Shown here: positions 40,129-50,347 of the stretch, piece by piece
How the letters are laid out: each line of letters opens with the position of its first letter
Numbering within the stretch: the stretch's first letter is position 1
Origin: Nitrospira japonica
Lineage (GTDB): Bacteria; Nitrospirota; Thermodesulfovibrionia; Thermodesulfovibrionales; SM23-35
Direction of reading: 5' to 3'
Length of the DNA stretch: 53,771 nucleotides
NCBI GenBank assembly: GCA_020725385.1
Contig: DYFC01000033.1
Coordinates: 1 to 53,771 of the forward strand
Program-made: the position numbers and the translations under genes
The notes under the pieces: generated by a model
Database searches by the model: none
What the model was told of the DNA's origin: nothing
The model's input: the letters and a program-made list of their open reading frames with translations, nothing else

Positions 40129-40545
40129 CTACTTTACCCTCGTCTGTATTCTTTTGTAGAGAAGCATTATTAGATCCTCCAGTTTTATATTGAATTCCTT
40201 AAGTAAACTATCAACTGATTCTTCACACGTCATTAAAAACCTTTTCCAGATTCTCTGAACAGTATCTTTGTCAAGATCAGAAGCATTTGCAGCTTCTCTG
40301 AAGCTCATTCCTTCAATTAGATAATTTATTACTTCTTTTATTTTTGATTCTTTTGTATGTAGTCCAAAGAAAAATGAACTATATCTTTCAGAAAATCTGT
40401 AATTGCAGGTCCGACATCTTAAAAGTCTTCTGCCGTCTTTTCCGTATCTGTTACAAAGAATTATATTACCATGACCTTTTTTGCCATGATCCTCACATTC
40501 TTTGTTTGGACAATAAAATTCATTGAGATTCAAAGAAATTTCCAT
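40129..40545 (-). CDS. IS1-transposase-like Zn-ribbon + HTH protein lacking the catalytic domain
   Basis: CPNKEC..CRTCNYRFSER, EGMSFREAANASDLDKDTVQRI; stop 1 nt before ino1 ATG. Confidence 0.75.
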   Translation of the reverse strand: MEISLNLNEFYCPNKECEDHGKKGHGNIILCNRYGKDGRRLLRCRTCNYRFSERYSSFFFGLHTKESKIKEVINYLIEGMSFREAANASDLDKDTVQRIWKRFLMTCEESVDSLLKEFNIKLEDLIMLLYKRIQTRVK

Positions 40546-40706
40546 GCGAATTTATATAATAAATAGTACTATAATGTCAAGAAAAAATTTTCAATGAAAT
40601 GGGGACAGATTTTGATAAAACGTAAAAAGTAAATCGTAAAATGTAAAAAATAAATTAATTTACGACTCGTTACATTTCACAGTCTTAATCTTTAATCGAG
40701 GCTTTT

Positions 40707-41774
40707 TTAACTCCTGAGACCTGTTTTTCTGTATATAAGATCAAAATTTACATTTTCTGATATTAATTTCATCCCTCTTTCAACTTTTGACTTATCTCTT
40801 AAGCGTAAACGGACAGAAAGTTTTTCGAGCTTTTTAGCAATACTGTAAGTATCTTCACGTACAACAATTATAGGTATATTTTTTTGTTCGGCGCGAGATA
40901 TTATTATTTCGCTTGGATAAAGATCTCCTGTTAATATTAAACATACAGAACCTGATTCCATAGCGGAAAGTTGAATATCAGCCCTATCTCCTCCAACAAT
41001 TACAGCATTATTTCTCGTTTTCTTAAAATACTCAATCGCTTTATCAACCTGCATAGCTCCTATAAGAAAGTGTTCGACCAGATTACCAAGACAATGATGG
41101 CATGATAAAACTTTACCTCCGAGCATTTCATTTAATTCTTCAACTGTAATTGAACCTACTATTGAGTCATGAGGTACTTTCCCGAGAATATCAATTCCTT
41201 TTCTCTTAAAGAAAGGCTCAACATATTCTTCGACGCTTTTATGATATTCAGGAGTAATTTTATTCAATATAACACCAAGAAATCTTTCTTTCAGATCCCT
41301 TTTTGCCTGCAAAACATAATCTGCAATATATTCACCTTCATATTTAACAACAATCACTACTTTAGCCTCGAGTTTCTTAATTACTTTTAAACCCTGAAGA
41401 TCAAGAAAACTACCAGTATAAATACTTCCATAGCCGCCAACAATTACAATATCTTTATTTATAGAAATCCTTTTAAAAGAATTCTCTATCCTTTTCATCA
41501 GTCCTTTTACATCTTTTAAATAAGACTTAACAAGCAATTCCTGAGTAAGGACAACAGGACATAAATCTGTTAAAGGATCTGATAAATTTAACCCTCGATA
41601 AATACGCCATGCGTCGTTGTCAGTTAATGTGTCATCGATTTTAACAGGCAATATTCCAACAGGTTTAAAGTAACCAACTTTAAATCCATCTCTCTGGAAT
41701 CTGCTTCCCAATCCCATTGAAACCAGTGTTTTTCCTGTATATCCTGCTGTTGAGCCAACATATATTGTAACCAT
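40707..41774 (-). CDS. Phosphotransacetylase-family BioD-like/DRTGG protein
   Basis: GYTGKT, VGYFKPVG, IGAM, VGGDRADIQ, LILTG. Confidence 0.85.
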   Translation of the reverse strand: MVTIYVGSTAGYTGKTLVSMGLGSRFQRDGFKVGYFKPVGILPVKIDDTLTDNDAWRIYRGLNLSDPLTDLCPVVLTQELLVKSYLKDVKGLMKRIENSFKRISINKDIVIVGGYGSIYTGSFLDLQGLKVIKKLEAKVVIVVKYEGEYIADYVLQAKRDLKERFLGVILNKITPEYHKSVEEYVEPFFKRKGIDILGKVPHDSIVGSITVEELNEMLGGKVLSCHHCLGNLVEHFLIGAMQVDKAIEYFKKTRNNAVIVGGDRADIQLSAMESGSVCLILTGDLYPSEIIISRAEQKNIPIIVVREDTYSIAKKLEKLSVRLRLRDKSKVERGMKLISENVNFDLIYRKTGLRS

Positions 41775-41775
41775 T

Positions 41776-43872
41776 TTAATCACCTCCTATAGCAAAACGT
41801 GCATCTATAGCAATCACTCCCCGCCCTCTTTTTCTAACAAGGAGCGGATTAATATCAGCTTCTATTATTTGTGGAAAATCAATAGCCATTTGTGACAATA
41901 TCAATATAGATTTTTCGATTGCTTCAATGTCTGCTTCAGTTTCACCACGAACACCCCGAAGCAACGGAAAAGTCTTTGTTTCACGTATCATTTCATATGC
42001 ATCTTCTTGACTCACCGGTACTATACGAAAAGATACATCTTTTAAGACTTCAACATAAATTCCACCGAGTCCGAACATTATCATGTGACCAAACTGGGGA
42101 TCTTTTGTGATACCCATAATAACTTCTTTTCCTGAAGGAACCATTTCCTGTATTAGAACTCCGTAAATATGCGCATGCGGCATAATATTTTTTACTTTTG
42201 TAGTTATATCGAAAAAAGCATTCTCAACTTCTTTTTTATTTTTTAAATTTACTTTGACACCGCCTATATCACTTTTATGTATTATCTGAGGCGAAATAAT
42301 CTTCATTACAACAGGATAGCCTATGCCCTTTGCAGCAGCTACAGCCTCCTCGGATGTTCTTGCAAATAAACTTCTTGGCATATTGAATCCATAAGCATTC
42401 AATACATCATGAACTTCAAGCTCTGTTAGACGTTCCCTGTTTTCCCTTTTTGCATTACTAAAAATACCCTGAGCCTTGTCTCTTAATCCTTCAAATGAAT
42501 GATATTTCTTTTCAGGTCTGTTAATCCATAAATGATAACGATACATTGCATTTATTGCAGATACTGCTTCTTCGGGATAATTATAATTTGGCACGCCACT
42601 TCTCAACAAAGTTTTTGCTCCTGATTCAATGCTCTTTTTACCCATAAAAGAAGTTAACAAAGGTCTATCTGTTGTTTTAGCAATATTTGCTATGGAAATA
42701 GAAGTTTCCTCAACATTGACAGTTGCAGTTGGAGTGAGCAATATCAAGACCCCGTTAATCCTTTCATCCTTCAAAACCGTAAGTAAGGCTTTTTCATACC
42801 TCTCTGCGCCTGAATCACCCAGTATGTCAATAGGATTATAAAATGAAGCAACAGGTGGAAGAAAAGTTCTCAATTCATCAACAAGCTCTTTATGAAGAGG
42901 AATTAGCTGCAATCCAGCTTTGTCACAGGCATCTGCAGCAAGTATGCCGGGGCCTCCTGAATTCGTTATTATAGCCATATCAGGTCCCTTCGGTAATGGT
43001 TGATTGGCAAAAGCAAGAGCGTAATTAAAAAGATCATTGATTGTATGCACTCTAATAATTCCACATTGCTTGAATGCAGCATCAAATGCTGCTTCTCTTC
43101 CTGCTAAAGCTCCTGTGTGTGAAGATGCTGCTTTAGCCCCTGAACTTGTAACACCTGATTTTAATATAATTACAGGCTTTTTCTTGGAAACCTTTGCAGC
43201 AACTTCCATAAAACTTTTGCCATCACTTATACCTTCAATATAACCAAGAACTACTTTTGTGTTTTCATCCTCTGAAAGTGCAAGCATTATATCTATATCA
43301 GAGATGTCTGATTTGTTCCCCATGCTTATAAATTTTGAAAAGCCTATTTCATCGGGCAAAGCCCTGTCAAGAACAGCAAGGCATAAAGCGCCTGATTGTG
43401 AAAAGAATCCTATACTTCCTTTTGCAGGCATTCCGGCAGCAAAAGAAGCATTCATTTTTGAATGGGTATCAATAACTCCAAGACAATTTGGACCTATGAA
43501 TCTCATCCCGAGTTCTTTAGCCTTGTTAACGATTTCTGTTTCAAGCTTTAATCCTTCGATTCCGCTTTCTTTAAAACCTGCGGTAATAATAATTGCAGAA
43601 TCTATATGTTTTGCGCCACATTGATTTATTACTTCAAGAACATTTTTAGGAGGAACAACTATAACAGCAAGGTCTATATTATCAGGAACATCAAGAAGTG
43701 AAGGATATGCTTTTCTTCCAAGAATATTATCAGCGCCTGGGTTAATTGGATAGATTGCCCCTTCGAATCCGTACTGTATCAGATTTTTTAGTATGTCATA
43801 TCCTACTTTCCCAGGGGTTCTTGATGCTCCAATTACAGCAATTGATTTTGGATTAAAAAAATTATTCATCAT
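41776..43872 (-). CDS. ADP-forming acetate/acyl-CoA ligase (fused alpha-beta)
   Basis: IAVIGAS, GPNCLG, SQSGA, SSHTGALAG, TNSGGPG, NPIDI, ATP-grasp HKSDIGGV, DINPL. Confidence 0.92.
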   Translation of the reverse strand: MMNNFFNPKSIAVIGASRTPGKVGYDILKNLIQYGFEGAIYPINPGADNILGRKAYPSLLDVPDNIDLAVIVVPPKNVLEVINQCGAKHIDSAIIITAGFKESGIEGLKLETEIVNKAKELGMRFIGPNCLGVIDTHSKMNASFAAGMPAKGSIGFFSQSGALCLAVLDRALPDEIGFSKFISMGNKSDISDIDIMLALSEDENTKVVLGYIEGISDGKSFMEVAAKVSKKKPVIILKSGVTSSGAKAASSHTGALAGREAAFDAAFKQCGIIRVHTINDLFNYALAFANQPLPKGPDMAIITNSGGPGILAADACDKAGLQLIPLHKELVDELRTFLPPVASFYNPIDILGDSGAERYEKALLTVLKDERINGVLILLTPTATVNVEETSISIANIAKTTDRPLLTSFMGKKSIESGAKTLLRSGVPNYNYPEEAVSAINAMYRYHLWINRPEKKYHSFEGLRDKAQGIFSNAKRENRERLTELEVHDVLNAYGFNMPRSLFARTSEEAVAAAKGIGYPVVMKIISPQIIHKSDIGGVKVNLKNKKEVENAFFDITTKVKNIMPHAHIYGVLIQEMVPSGKEVIMGITKDPQFGHMIMFGLGGIYVEVLKDVSFRIVPVSQEDAYEMIRETKTFPLLRGVRGETEADIEAIEKSILILSQMAIDFPQIIEADINPLLVRKRGRGVIAIDARFAIGGD

Positions 43873-43927
43873 ATTTATTTTAAAGATATTATCTTAAAAA
43901 TTAATTAATTTCAAGAATTATTTAATA

Positions 43928-44719
43928 TTATTGAGTTTGCGCTTTCAGTGGTTTCGAAATAATATATTTTATGTGAAGGTTAAGAATATTCGAAAGTTCT
44001 TCAAGAAGATTTATTGATGGCTTAATCCGTAATATTTTTGTCGTATCCCATGTCATAAGTGAATTATAAAAATTCATTACAGGTAACGATAGTCTTATCA
44101 TAGATGGCAATCCATTCAATATTAAGACAGATGATTGCTTTACACAAGATTCGCATAATACAGAACCCTGTGAGATATAAAAATTATTACCGCTACTTCC
44201 ACACCTGCCACATGAATCTATTCTTGGAGCAAACCCTGTTAATTTAAGGAATTTTACTTTGTAATTATTCACTAAAAGATTTATCCGGGAAGTATTAAAG
44301 CCATTTTCTTTGTTAGAAGAATTCTTAGTGTTTTTATAATCCTCTTCAATTAATTTAAGTGTATCGAGAAATAATAGAAATATTTTTTTATTTGCATCCA
44401 TCTCCTGGATAAAATTCAGAGTAAGTTCAGTAATCTCAACTATTTTAAAGAAATAGCCCATTCTTTCACGGAGCAAATGAAATGAATGGATAATATCGGA
44501 TTGAGTTAAACGTGGAAGTGAGGCGTGCTCCTTACCCCAGAAAGATATTTTTGAATATGTTAATGGCTCTAAACTGCTTCCAAAACGACTTTTTATTTTT
44601 CTTGGACTTTTTGCAAATGTTTTAAGCAAACCAAAATCAGGGGTTAAATAACTTACAATGAGGTCTGCTTCTCCATAAGTAATCGTCTTTAATACAATAC
44701 CTTCTGTTCTTGTTAGCAT
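43928..44719 (-). CDS. recO: DNA repair protein RecO
   Basis: TEGIVLK..YGEADLI, RFGSSLEPL, CxxC..CxxC. Confidence 0.92.
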   Translation of the reverse strand: MLTRTEGIVLKTITYGEADLIVSYLTPDFGLLKTFAKSPRKIKSRFGSSLEPLTYSKISFWGKEHASLPRLTQSDIIHSFHLLRERMGYFFKIVEITELTLNFIQEMDANKKIFLLFLDTLKLIEEDYKNTKNSSNKENGFNTSRINLLVNNYKVKFLKLTGFAPRIDSCGRCGSSGNNFYISQGSVLCESCVKQSSVLILNGLPSMIRLSLPVMNFYNSLMTWDTTKILRIKPSINLLEELSNILNLHIKYIISKPLKAQTQ

Positions 44720-45174
44720 TACATAATATTGCCAAAATCTTCTGGTTTAAGATTCTTAAGCCATTCACCTAATTCATCAGATGAGCTTTTTTGTTCGAGT
44801 ATGCTCTCTTCAACAAATATTGCAGCGTTCACCCTTAATGCTACAGCAACAGCATCACTTGGCCTTGAATCAACATATTTTTCATTATTACCATCATAAA
44901 TACAAAGTAACGCATAATATGTATTGTCTTGAATTTCTGTAACAATTATTTTTGTAATTTTTATTTTAAGAGTATCAACAATATTCTTTATTAAATCATG
45001 TGTTAAAGGTCTTGGTGTTTCTACTTTTCCCAACGCAAGAGCAATCGAATCAGCTTCGGGTTTACCTATCCATATCGGTAAAGTCTTATTGCCATTTACC
45101 TCCTTCAGCAAAAGTATATACATATTGCTGCGGGGGTCAAATAACATACCTTCAACTTTCATCTGAATAAGCAT
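44719..45174 (-). CDS. Bifunctional nuclease family (DUF151)
   Basis: LPIWIG..EA, PRPLTHDL, DSRPSDAVA.A. Confidence 0.92.
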   Translation of the reverse strand: MLIQMKVEGMLFDPRSNMYILLLKEVNGNKTLPIWIGKPEADSIALALGKVETPRPLTHDLIKNIVDTLKIKITKIIVTEIQDNTYYALLCIYDGNNEKYVDSRPSDAVAVALRVNAAIFVEESILEQKSSSDELGEWLKNLKPEDFGNIM

Positions 45175-46068
45175 TTATTTATATCCTAATTCCTTAAGAA
45201 TTTTAAGATCATTTCGCCAGTTTTTCTTGACTTTAACCCATAGCTCAAGAAATATCTTTGTATTAAATAACCTTTCCATATCCTGACGGGCTCGACTTCC
45301 AGCTTCTTTAAGTTTCGTGCCACCTTTACCTATTATTATAGCCTTTTGGCTTTCTCTTTCAACATAAATATTACATCTAATTGAAATCAGACCATCTTTA
45401 CGTTCTTCCCATTTAGTAACTTCAACGGCAATAGAATGAGGCACTTCCTCTTCTGTAAGTTCTATAAGTTTTTCACGGACTATTTCTGATGCAATGAACC
45501 GCTCTATCTGGTCTGTTATAACATCATCAGGATAAAATTTTGGCCCTTCCGGAATATATTTTACAATTTTTTCGAGAACAAGGTCAGTACCATCTTTTTT
45601 TAAGGCAGAAATAGGTATGATTTCAGCAAATTGATAAAGTTTGCTGAATATATTTATTACTGGTAATAAGTCATTTTTTTTTACAGTGTCAACCTTATTT
45701 ATTATAAGAAATACAGGCTTATTTATTTTACCGAGCATATCGATTATCATTCTGTCGCCTTTTTTAGGTTCAGAGGGTTCTGACATAAATAGGATTATAT
45801 CTACTTCATCTAATGCTTCTATAGCGCTTCTTACCATTGTTTCACCGAGTTTGTGCATTGGTTTATGAATACCAGGCGTATCAATAAAAATTATCTGGGC
45901 ATCTGGTAAATTCTTAATGCCTAAGATTCTGTTTCTTGTGGTCTGGGCTTTACTTGTAACAATTGATATTTTTTCGCCAAGAATAGTATTAAGAAGTGTT
46001 GATTTTCCTACATTAGGACGACCTATTATTGCTACATAACCAGAATGAAAAGTCTTTTCATTATGCAT
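45175..46068 (-). CDS. era: GTPase Era
   Basis: GRPNVGKSTL, QTTR, DTPG, NKVD, KH domain IIGKGG, LWVKV. Confidence 0.97.
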   Translation of the reverse strand: MHNEKTFHSGYVAIIGRPNVGKSTLLNTILGEKISIVTSKAQTTRNRILGIKNLPDAQIIFIDTPGIHKPMHKLGETMVRSAIEALDEVDIILFMSEPSEPKKGDRMIIDMLGKINKPVFLIINKVDTVKKNDLLPVINIFSKLYQFAEIIPISALKKDGTDLVLEKIVKYIPEGPKFYPDDVITDQIERFIASEIVREKLIELTEEEVPHSIAVEVTKWEERKDGLISIRCNIYVERESQKAIIIGKGGTKLKEAGSRARQDMERLFNTKIFLELWVKVKKNWRNDLKILKELGYK

Positions 46069-46080
46069 AATATTTTATCT

Positions 46081-47274
46081 TTACTTAAGCTTCTGAATTG
46101 CTTCTGCTATCCTATCAACCCCTTTCTTTATCATATCAATAGAAGTAGCATATGATAATCTGACATAATTGTCATCCCCGAATGCTGCACCATGAACGAG
46201 AGCAACTTTTGCTTCTTCAAGAAGATACATTGCAAGGTCTGAAGATGAATTTATTGGCTTCTCATTATAATATCTTCCATACAACGCTGAGGTATTTGGA
46301 AAAGCATAAAATGCACCTGTTGGTGTTAAACAACTCAAGCCATTTATTTTATTAAGGGAATCTATGAGGAATTTCCTCCTCTTATCGAATTCTTCGAGCA
46401 TAGTCTTTATAAAATCCTGCGGACCTCTGAGAGCTTCAACAGCAGCTTTTTGAGCAATTGATGTTGGATTTGATGTTGATTGACTCTGAATATTAGTCAT
46501 TGCTTTTATAATATCCTTTGGACCTGCTGCGTATCCTATTCTCCAGCCTGTCATTGCATACGATTTTGACAAACCATTAACTACAATAGTTCTTTGTTTT
46601 ATTTCTTTTCCAAGCGAGGCTATGCTTATATGTTTTACTCCATCGTAAGTTAGTTTTTCATAGATTTCATCCGAAATAATATACATATTATTTCTTAAGA
46701 CTATTTCTGCAATACCTTCAAGAGTTTTTTGGTCATATGTTAAACCGGTTGGATTTGATGGAGAATTCAGAATCAGCAATTTTGTCTTTGGCGTAATATG
46801 AGCTTTAAGACTTTCAGTCCTTAACATGAAAGAATCTTTTTCATAGGTTTTTACAAAAACAGGTACAGCATCATTCAATAAAGCCTGATCAGGATACGAT
46901 ACCCAGTATGGTGATGGTATCAAAACCTCGTCTCCCGGACTTAAAATAGCCTGATTTATATTATAGAGACTGTGTTTTGCTCCACAGGATATAATAATTT
47001 CCTCTCTTGTATAATCAAGTCCGTTATCTTTTTTGAATTTATCTATTACAGCATCTTTCAATGCATCAATACCACCAACAGGTGTGTATTTTGTAAAACC
47101 TTCTTTGATCGCTTTAATAGCTGCTTCTTTAATGTTTTCAGGTGTGTCAAAATCAGGTTCACCTACTCCAAAATTTACAACATCAATTCCCTGAGCTTTC
47201 ATAGCCTTTGCTTTTGCATCTATTGCAAGAGTAGGAGAAGGTTTAATTTTCTGTGCCCTGTTTGATAATATCAA
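46081..47274 (-). CDS. Class I PLP aminotransferase (aspartate aminotransferase-like)
   Basis: GEPDFDTP, NSPSNPTG, SDEIY, SKSYAMTGWRIGY. Confidence 0.92.
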   Translation of the reverse strand: MILSNRAQKIKPSPTLAIDAKAKAMKAQGIDVVNFGVGEPDFDTPENIKEAAIKAIKEGFTKYTPVGGIDALKDAVIDKFKKDNGLDYTREEIIISCGAKHSLYNINQAILSPGDEVLIPSPYWVSYPDQALLNDAVPVFVKTYEKDSFMLRTESLKAHITPKTKLLILNSPSNPTGLTYDQKTLEGIAEIVLRNNMYIISDEIYEKLTYDGVKHISIASLGKEIKQRTIVVNGLSKSYAMTGWRIGYAAGPKDIIKAMTNIQSQSTSNPTSIAQKAAVEALRGPQDFIKTMLEEFDKRRKFLIDSLNKINGLSCLTPTGAFYAFPNTSALYGRYYNEKPINSSSDLAMYLLEEAKVALVHGAAFGDDNYVRLSYATSIDMIKKGVDRIAEAIQKLK

Positions 47275-47293
47275 TTGTAACCTCCGTATATTT

Positions 47294-48145
47294 TTATTTA
47301 ATCATATCTTCAAGTTCTTCTGCCTGATATTTTTCCTGCTGCAAAGTAAGGTCAAGGTTTATAACCATACCTCCATGCTTATTAAATTCAGGGTCTTTGG
47401 TAAGTTTTTGGTGTCTTTTAAATGATTTTAAGACAGAATCAGCAGCTTTTTTCAGGGTTTCTTTATAAGTTTTTCCTATCTCAATTTTTGATGGTTTAAA
47501 TACAGGTGGAATTCCATTACTACCTATATCCTCGGCAAAATGGGCTATTTGTTTCATTTTTTCCATTGCCTGATCCATCAATGTCCAGCCTGCCAATCCA
47601 TTTTTCTGAAATTTCCATGATGCATAAATATGCTGAAGCATCTCATTATATTTAGAAGTTACCTCTTTTTGAAGCATAACAATAAATTCACCTGGAAGTT
47701 CCATCTCAGCGCCCGGAGATGATGAAGCCATTTCAGGGCTAAGCTTATCATGTATTCTTTGAAATTTTCTTGCATGTATTGCAGATTCCCATGCTTCCCT
47801 CTGTAAAACACGTTTTATATGCGGGTCACTTACCATTTCAGCCTCAGAATTATAATGAGGAATAAGCTTTTCCTCATATTCGACATATGATTTAAATATA
47901 GTAGAACGATTGGTCGGATCATAAGGATAAGGTGCGGGGTTGAAATCAGGTGTTCCGCCAAGTTTGCAAATAATCATTCCAAGCCAGTGCATATGCCACA
48001 TTTCTTCCCTTGAACGTGAAATAAGACTTGCACCGATAGGGGTATCTTCACCCTCCATCCAGCCATGAACAAGATAACGGATAATAGCAGCATGTTCATC
48101 CTTCATATCCTTTTTTAACATTTCTATAAGATCTTTCTTTTTCAT
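47294..48145 (-). CDS. Tandem ferritin-like domain protein
   Basis: DEHAAIIRY..EEMWH..EEK..ESAIH in the first half; second half is a similar but degenerate repeat. Confidence 0.75.
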   Translation of the reverse strand: MKKKDLIEMLKKDMKDEHAAIIRYLVHGWMEGEDTPIGASLISRSREEMWHMHWLGMIICKLGGTPDFNPAPYPYDPTNRSTIFKSYVEYEEKLIPHYNSEAEMVSDPHIKRVLQREAWESAIHARKFQRIHDKLSPEMASSSPGAEMELPGEFIVMLQKEVTSKYNEMLQHIYASWKFQKNGLAGWTLMDQAMEKMKQIAHFAEDIGSNGIPPVFKPSKIEIGKTYKETLKKAADSVLKSFKRHQKLTKDPEFNKHGGMVINLDLTLQQEKYQAEELEDMIK

Positions 48146-48222
48146 TCTACCCTCCTCTTTTGATATTCTTCTTATTATTATTGTTTTATTGATTATATAA
48201 ACATAGTATATAATAATACATT

Positions 48223-49284
48223 ATGAAAAATTTGAGAAAAATTTTTGCAGTTTTTGGCTTCTGGATCATAATTTCTTTTTTAGTTCATGTTGCCATATTG
48301 CTTGGCCTTACTGAAGTCAGAGGACTATCTCTTTTTAATTTTCAGGATGAGAATGTTATCAATGTAATTATAAAAGGTTCTGATTCAAAGATAATTAAAA
48401 AAATATCTCTTCCAAATTCGAATACCATTGTAAATCAAACACCTGATGAAATTAAAAACAATAGTCAGGAACAAAATAGAAATATTTCGGGCACAGAAAA
48501 TGATACCCCCGCATCCACAGATTCAGAAATTCAAAAAACCGATGATAGTTTAAATAACCCGGAAAATCCTCCTTCTTTAAATGCTAACAATAAAAATTCT
48601 GTTAAAAACATAACCCCTGCAAATTTTGAAATGTTTACAAAAGAAAAACTTACTTATGACATTTACTGGTATGGCATTTATGCAGGCAATGCAGTTTTAG
48701 AGTCTGAAAATAAAAACGGGATACTTAAAATAACTTCAACAGTTCATTCCTCTCCATTTGTCTCTGCTTTTTATAGAGTCGAGGATTTTGCTGAATGCAT
48801 TATTACAAATGGTTATCCCTTTAAGTTAAGACTAAAAACAAAAGAAGGAAATCATATAAGCGATAAAGAGACAATTTTTGATATTAAATCAGGGAAAGTT
48901 ATATTTATAAATTATCTCAAAGGAAAAAGTAAGGAGCATAATTTGCCTAATAATCCTGTCTGGGATATACTATCGGGTTTCTTTTATTTAAGAACCAATC
49001 AACTTGATGTATCAAAACAATATTATGTAGATATATTCGATAGCAATAAATTCTTCAGAACTGAAGTTGATATTCTTAAAAGAGAAAACATTCAGAACAC
49101 TGTTATTGGAGAAACATCAGCTTTGCTGATTAAACCTATCCTGAAATCAGAGGGGTTGTTTAAAAAGACCGGTGATATTTATATATGGCTTACTGATGAC
49201 CAGAGAAAAATACCAGTAAGAATCGAAACAAAAATTCCTGTTGGCAATATTATAGCAGAACTAAAAGAAATTCAGATTAATTAG
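48223..49284 (+). CDS. DUF3108-like protein
   Basis: N-terminal TM, low-complexity linker, EKLTYDIYW.GI.AG..IWLTDD.RKIPV. Confidence 0.75.
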   Translation: MKNLRKIFAVFGFWIIISFLVHVAILLGLTEVRGLSLFNFQDENVINVIIKGSDSKIIKKISLPNSNTIVNQTPDEIKNNSQEQNRNISGTENDTPASTDSEIQKTDDSLNNPENPPSLNANNKNSVKNITPANFEMFTKEKLTYDIYWYGIYAGNAVLESENKNGILKITSTVHSSPFVSAFYRVEDFAECIITNGYPFKLRLKTKEGNHISDKETIFDIKSGKVIFINYLKGKSKEHNLPNNPVWDILSGFFYLRTNQLDVSKQYYVDIFDSNKFFRTEVDILKRENIQNTVIGETSALLIKPILKSEGLFKKTGDIYIWLTDDQRKIPVRIETKIPVGNIIAELKEIQIN

Positions 49285-50338
49285 AGGCTTGTAGCTGTCC
49301 GCAGGCAGCGAGAATATCCTGTCCCCTGCTTTCGCGAATTATAGCACGCCTGTTTTTATGAAAAAGCATTTTCTGAAATGCAAGAATCTTTTCATCAGAA
49401 GGTCTTTTGAATGTATTTCCGGGATAAGGGTTATATGGTATTAAATTCAAATTACATCTTATACCTTTAAGAATTTTTACAAGCTCTTTTGCATCTTTCA
49501 AGGAATCATTTATTCCATCAATCATTACATATTCAAATGTAAGTTTTCTGCCCGGTTTTAAAGGATACTTTTTACATACATTTATTAAAGTTTCAATCGG
49601 ATATTTTTTATTTATAGGCATTATTTTGTTTCTAATCTCATCGGTTGGAGCATTAAGAGATATAGCAAGATTAACTTCAGGAGCTTTTTTCTGAAATAAC
49701 AAAATATTTGGAACAATCCCTGATGTTGAAACAGTTATCTTCCTTTTTGATATGCCGATAAGTTCTGTCAATCTCCACAAAGCTTCTACAACATTATCAA
49801 GATTAAGTAAGGGTTCGCCCATTCCCATAAAAACAATATTGGTTATTTTTTTATCTTTTAAATATCTATTTACAGCTATTACCTGATCAACAATTTCATG
49901 AGCTTCTAAATTTCTCTTGAAGCCTCCTTTTCCAGTAAGACAGAATTTACAGCCAACCGCACAACCCACCTGTGAAGAAACACAAAGAGTAAGCCTGTCA
50001 TCATCGGGAATCAGTACACTTTCAATTAATATACCATCTTCCAATTCAAATAAAAATTTAGTAGTACCATCAACTGATACTAATTTTTTTATTATCTTAA
50101 TATTACTTATATACGCGATTTCATTGAGTTTATTCCTGAGTTCTTTTGGAAACTCGGTTATATCATTAATTGAAAGCGCCATGCGTTCATAAATCCAGTG
50201 AACAAGTTGATTAGCTCTAAATGATGGTAATCCCAAATTTTCAATAAAAGAATTAATTTCTTTTACAGAAAATGATTTGAGGTTGCATTTTTCTTTAGAA
50301 GATTTTTTCAGGCTATTTGGATATTCTAATATTTTCAT
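49277..50338 (-). CDS. rlmN: Dual-specificity RNA methyltransferase RlmN
   Basis: CVSSQVGCAVGCKFC, MGMGEP, EYVMI, RG.DI.AACGQL. Confidence 0.96.
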   Translation of the reverse strand: MKILEYPNSLKKSSKEKCNLKSFSVKEINSFIENLGLPSFRANQLVHWIYERMALSINDITEFPKELRNKLNEIAYISNIKIIKKLVSVDGTTKFLFELEDGILIESVLIPDDDRLTLCVSSQVGCAVGCKFCLTGKGGFKRNLEAHEIVDQVIAVNRYLKDKKITNIVFMGMGEPLLNLDNVVEALWRLTELIGISKRKITVSTSGIVPNILLFQKKAPEVNLAISLNAPTDEIRNKIMPINKKYPIETLINVCKKYPLKPGRKLTFEYVMIDGINDSLKDAKELVKILKGIRCNLNLIPYNPYPGNTFKRPSDEKILAFQKMLFHKNRRAIIRESRGQDILAACGQLQASN

Positions 50339-50347
50339 ATGGTTTTA

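Noticed and set aside
40129-40545. Active IS1 element with a programmed frameshift
   Set aside because: No InsB/DDE frame follows, ino1 starts immediately, and no terminal inverted repeats were found.
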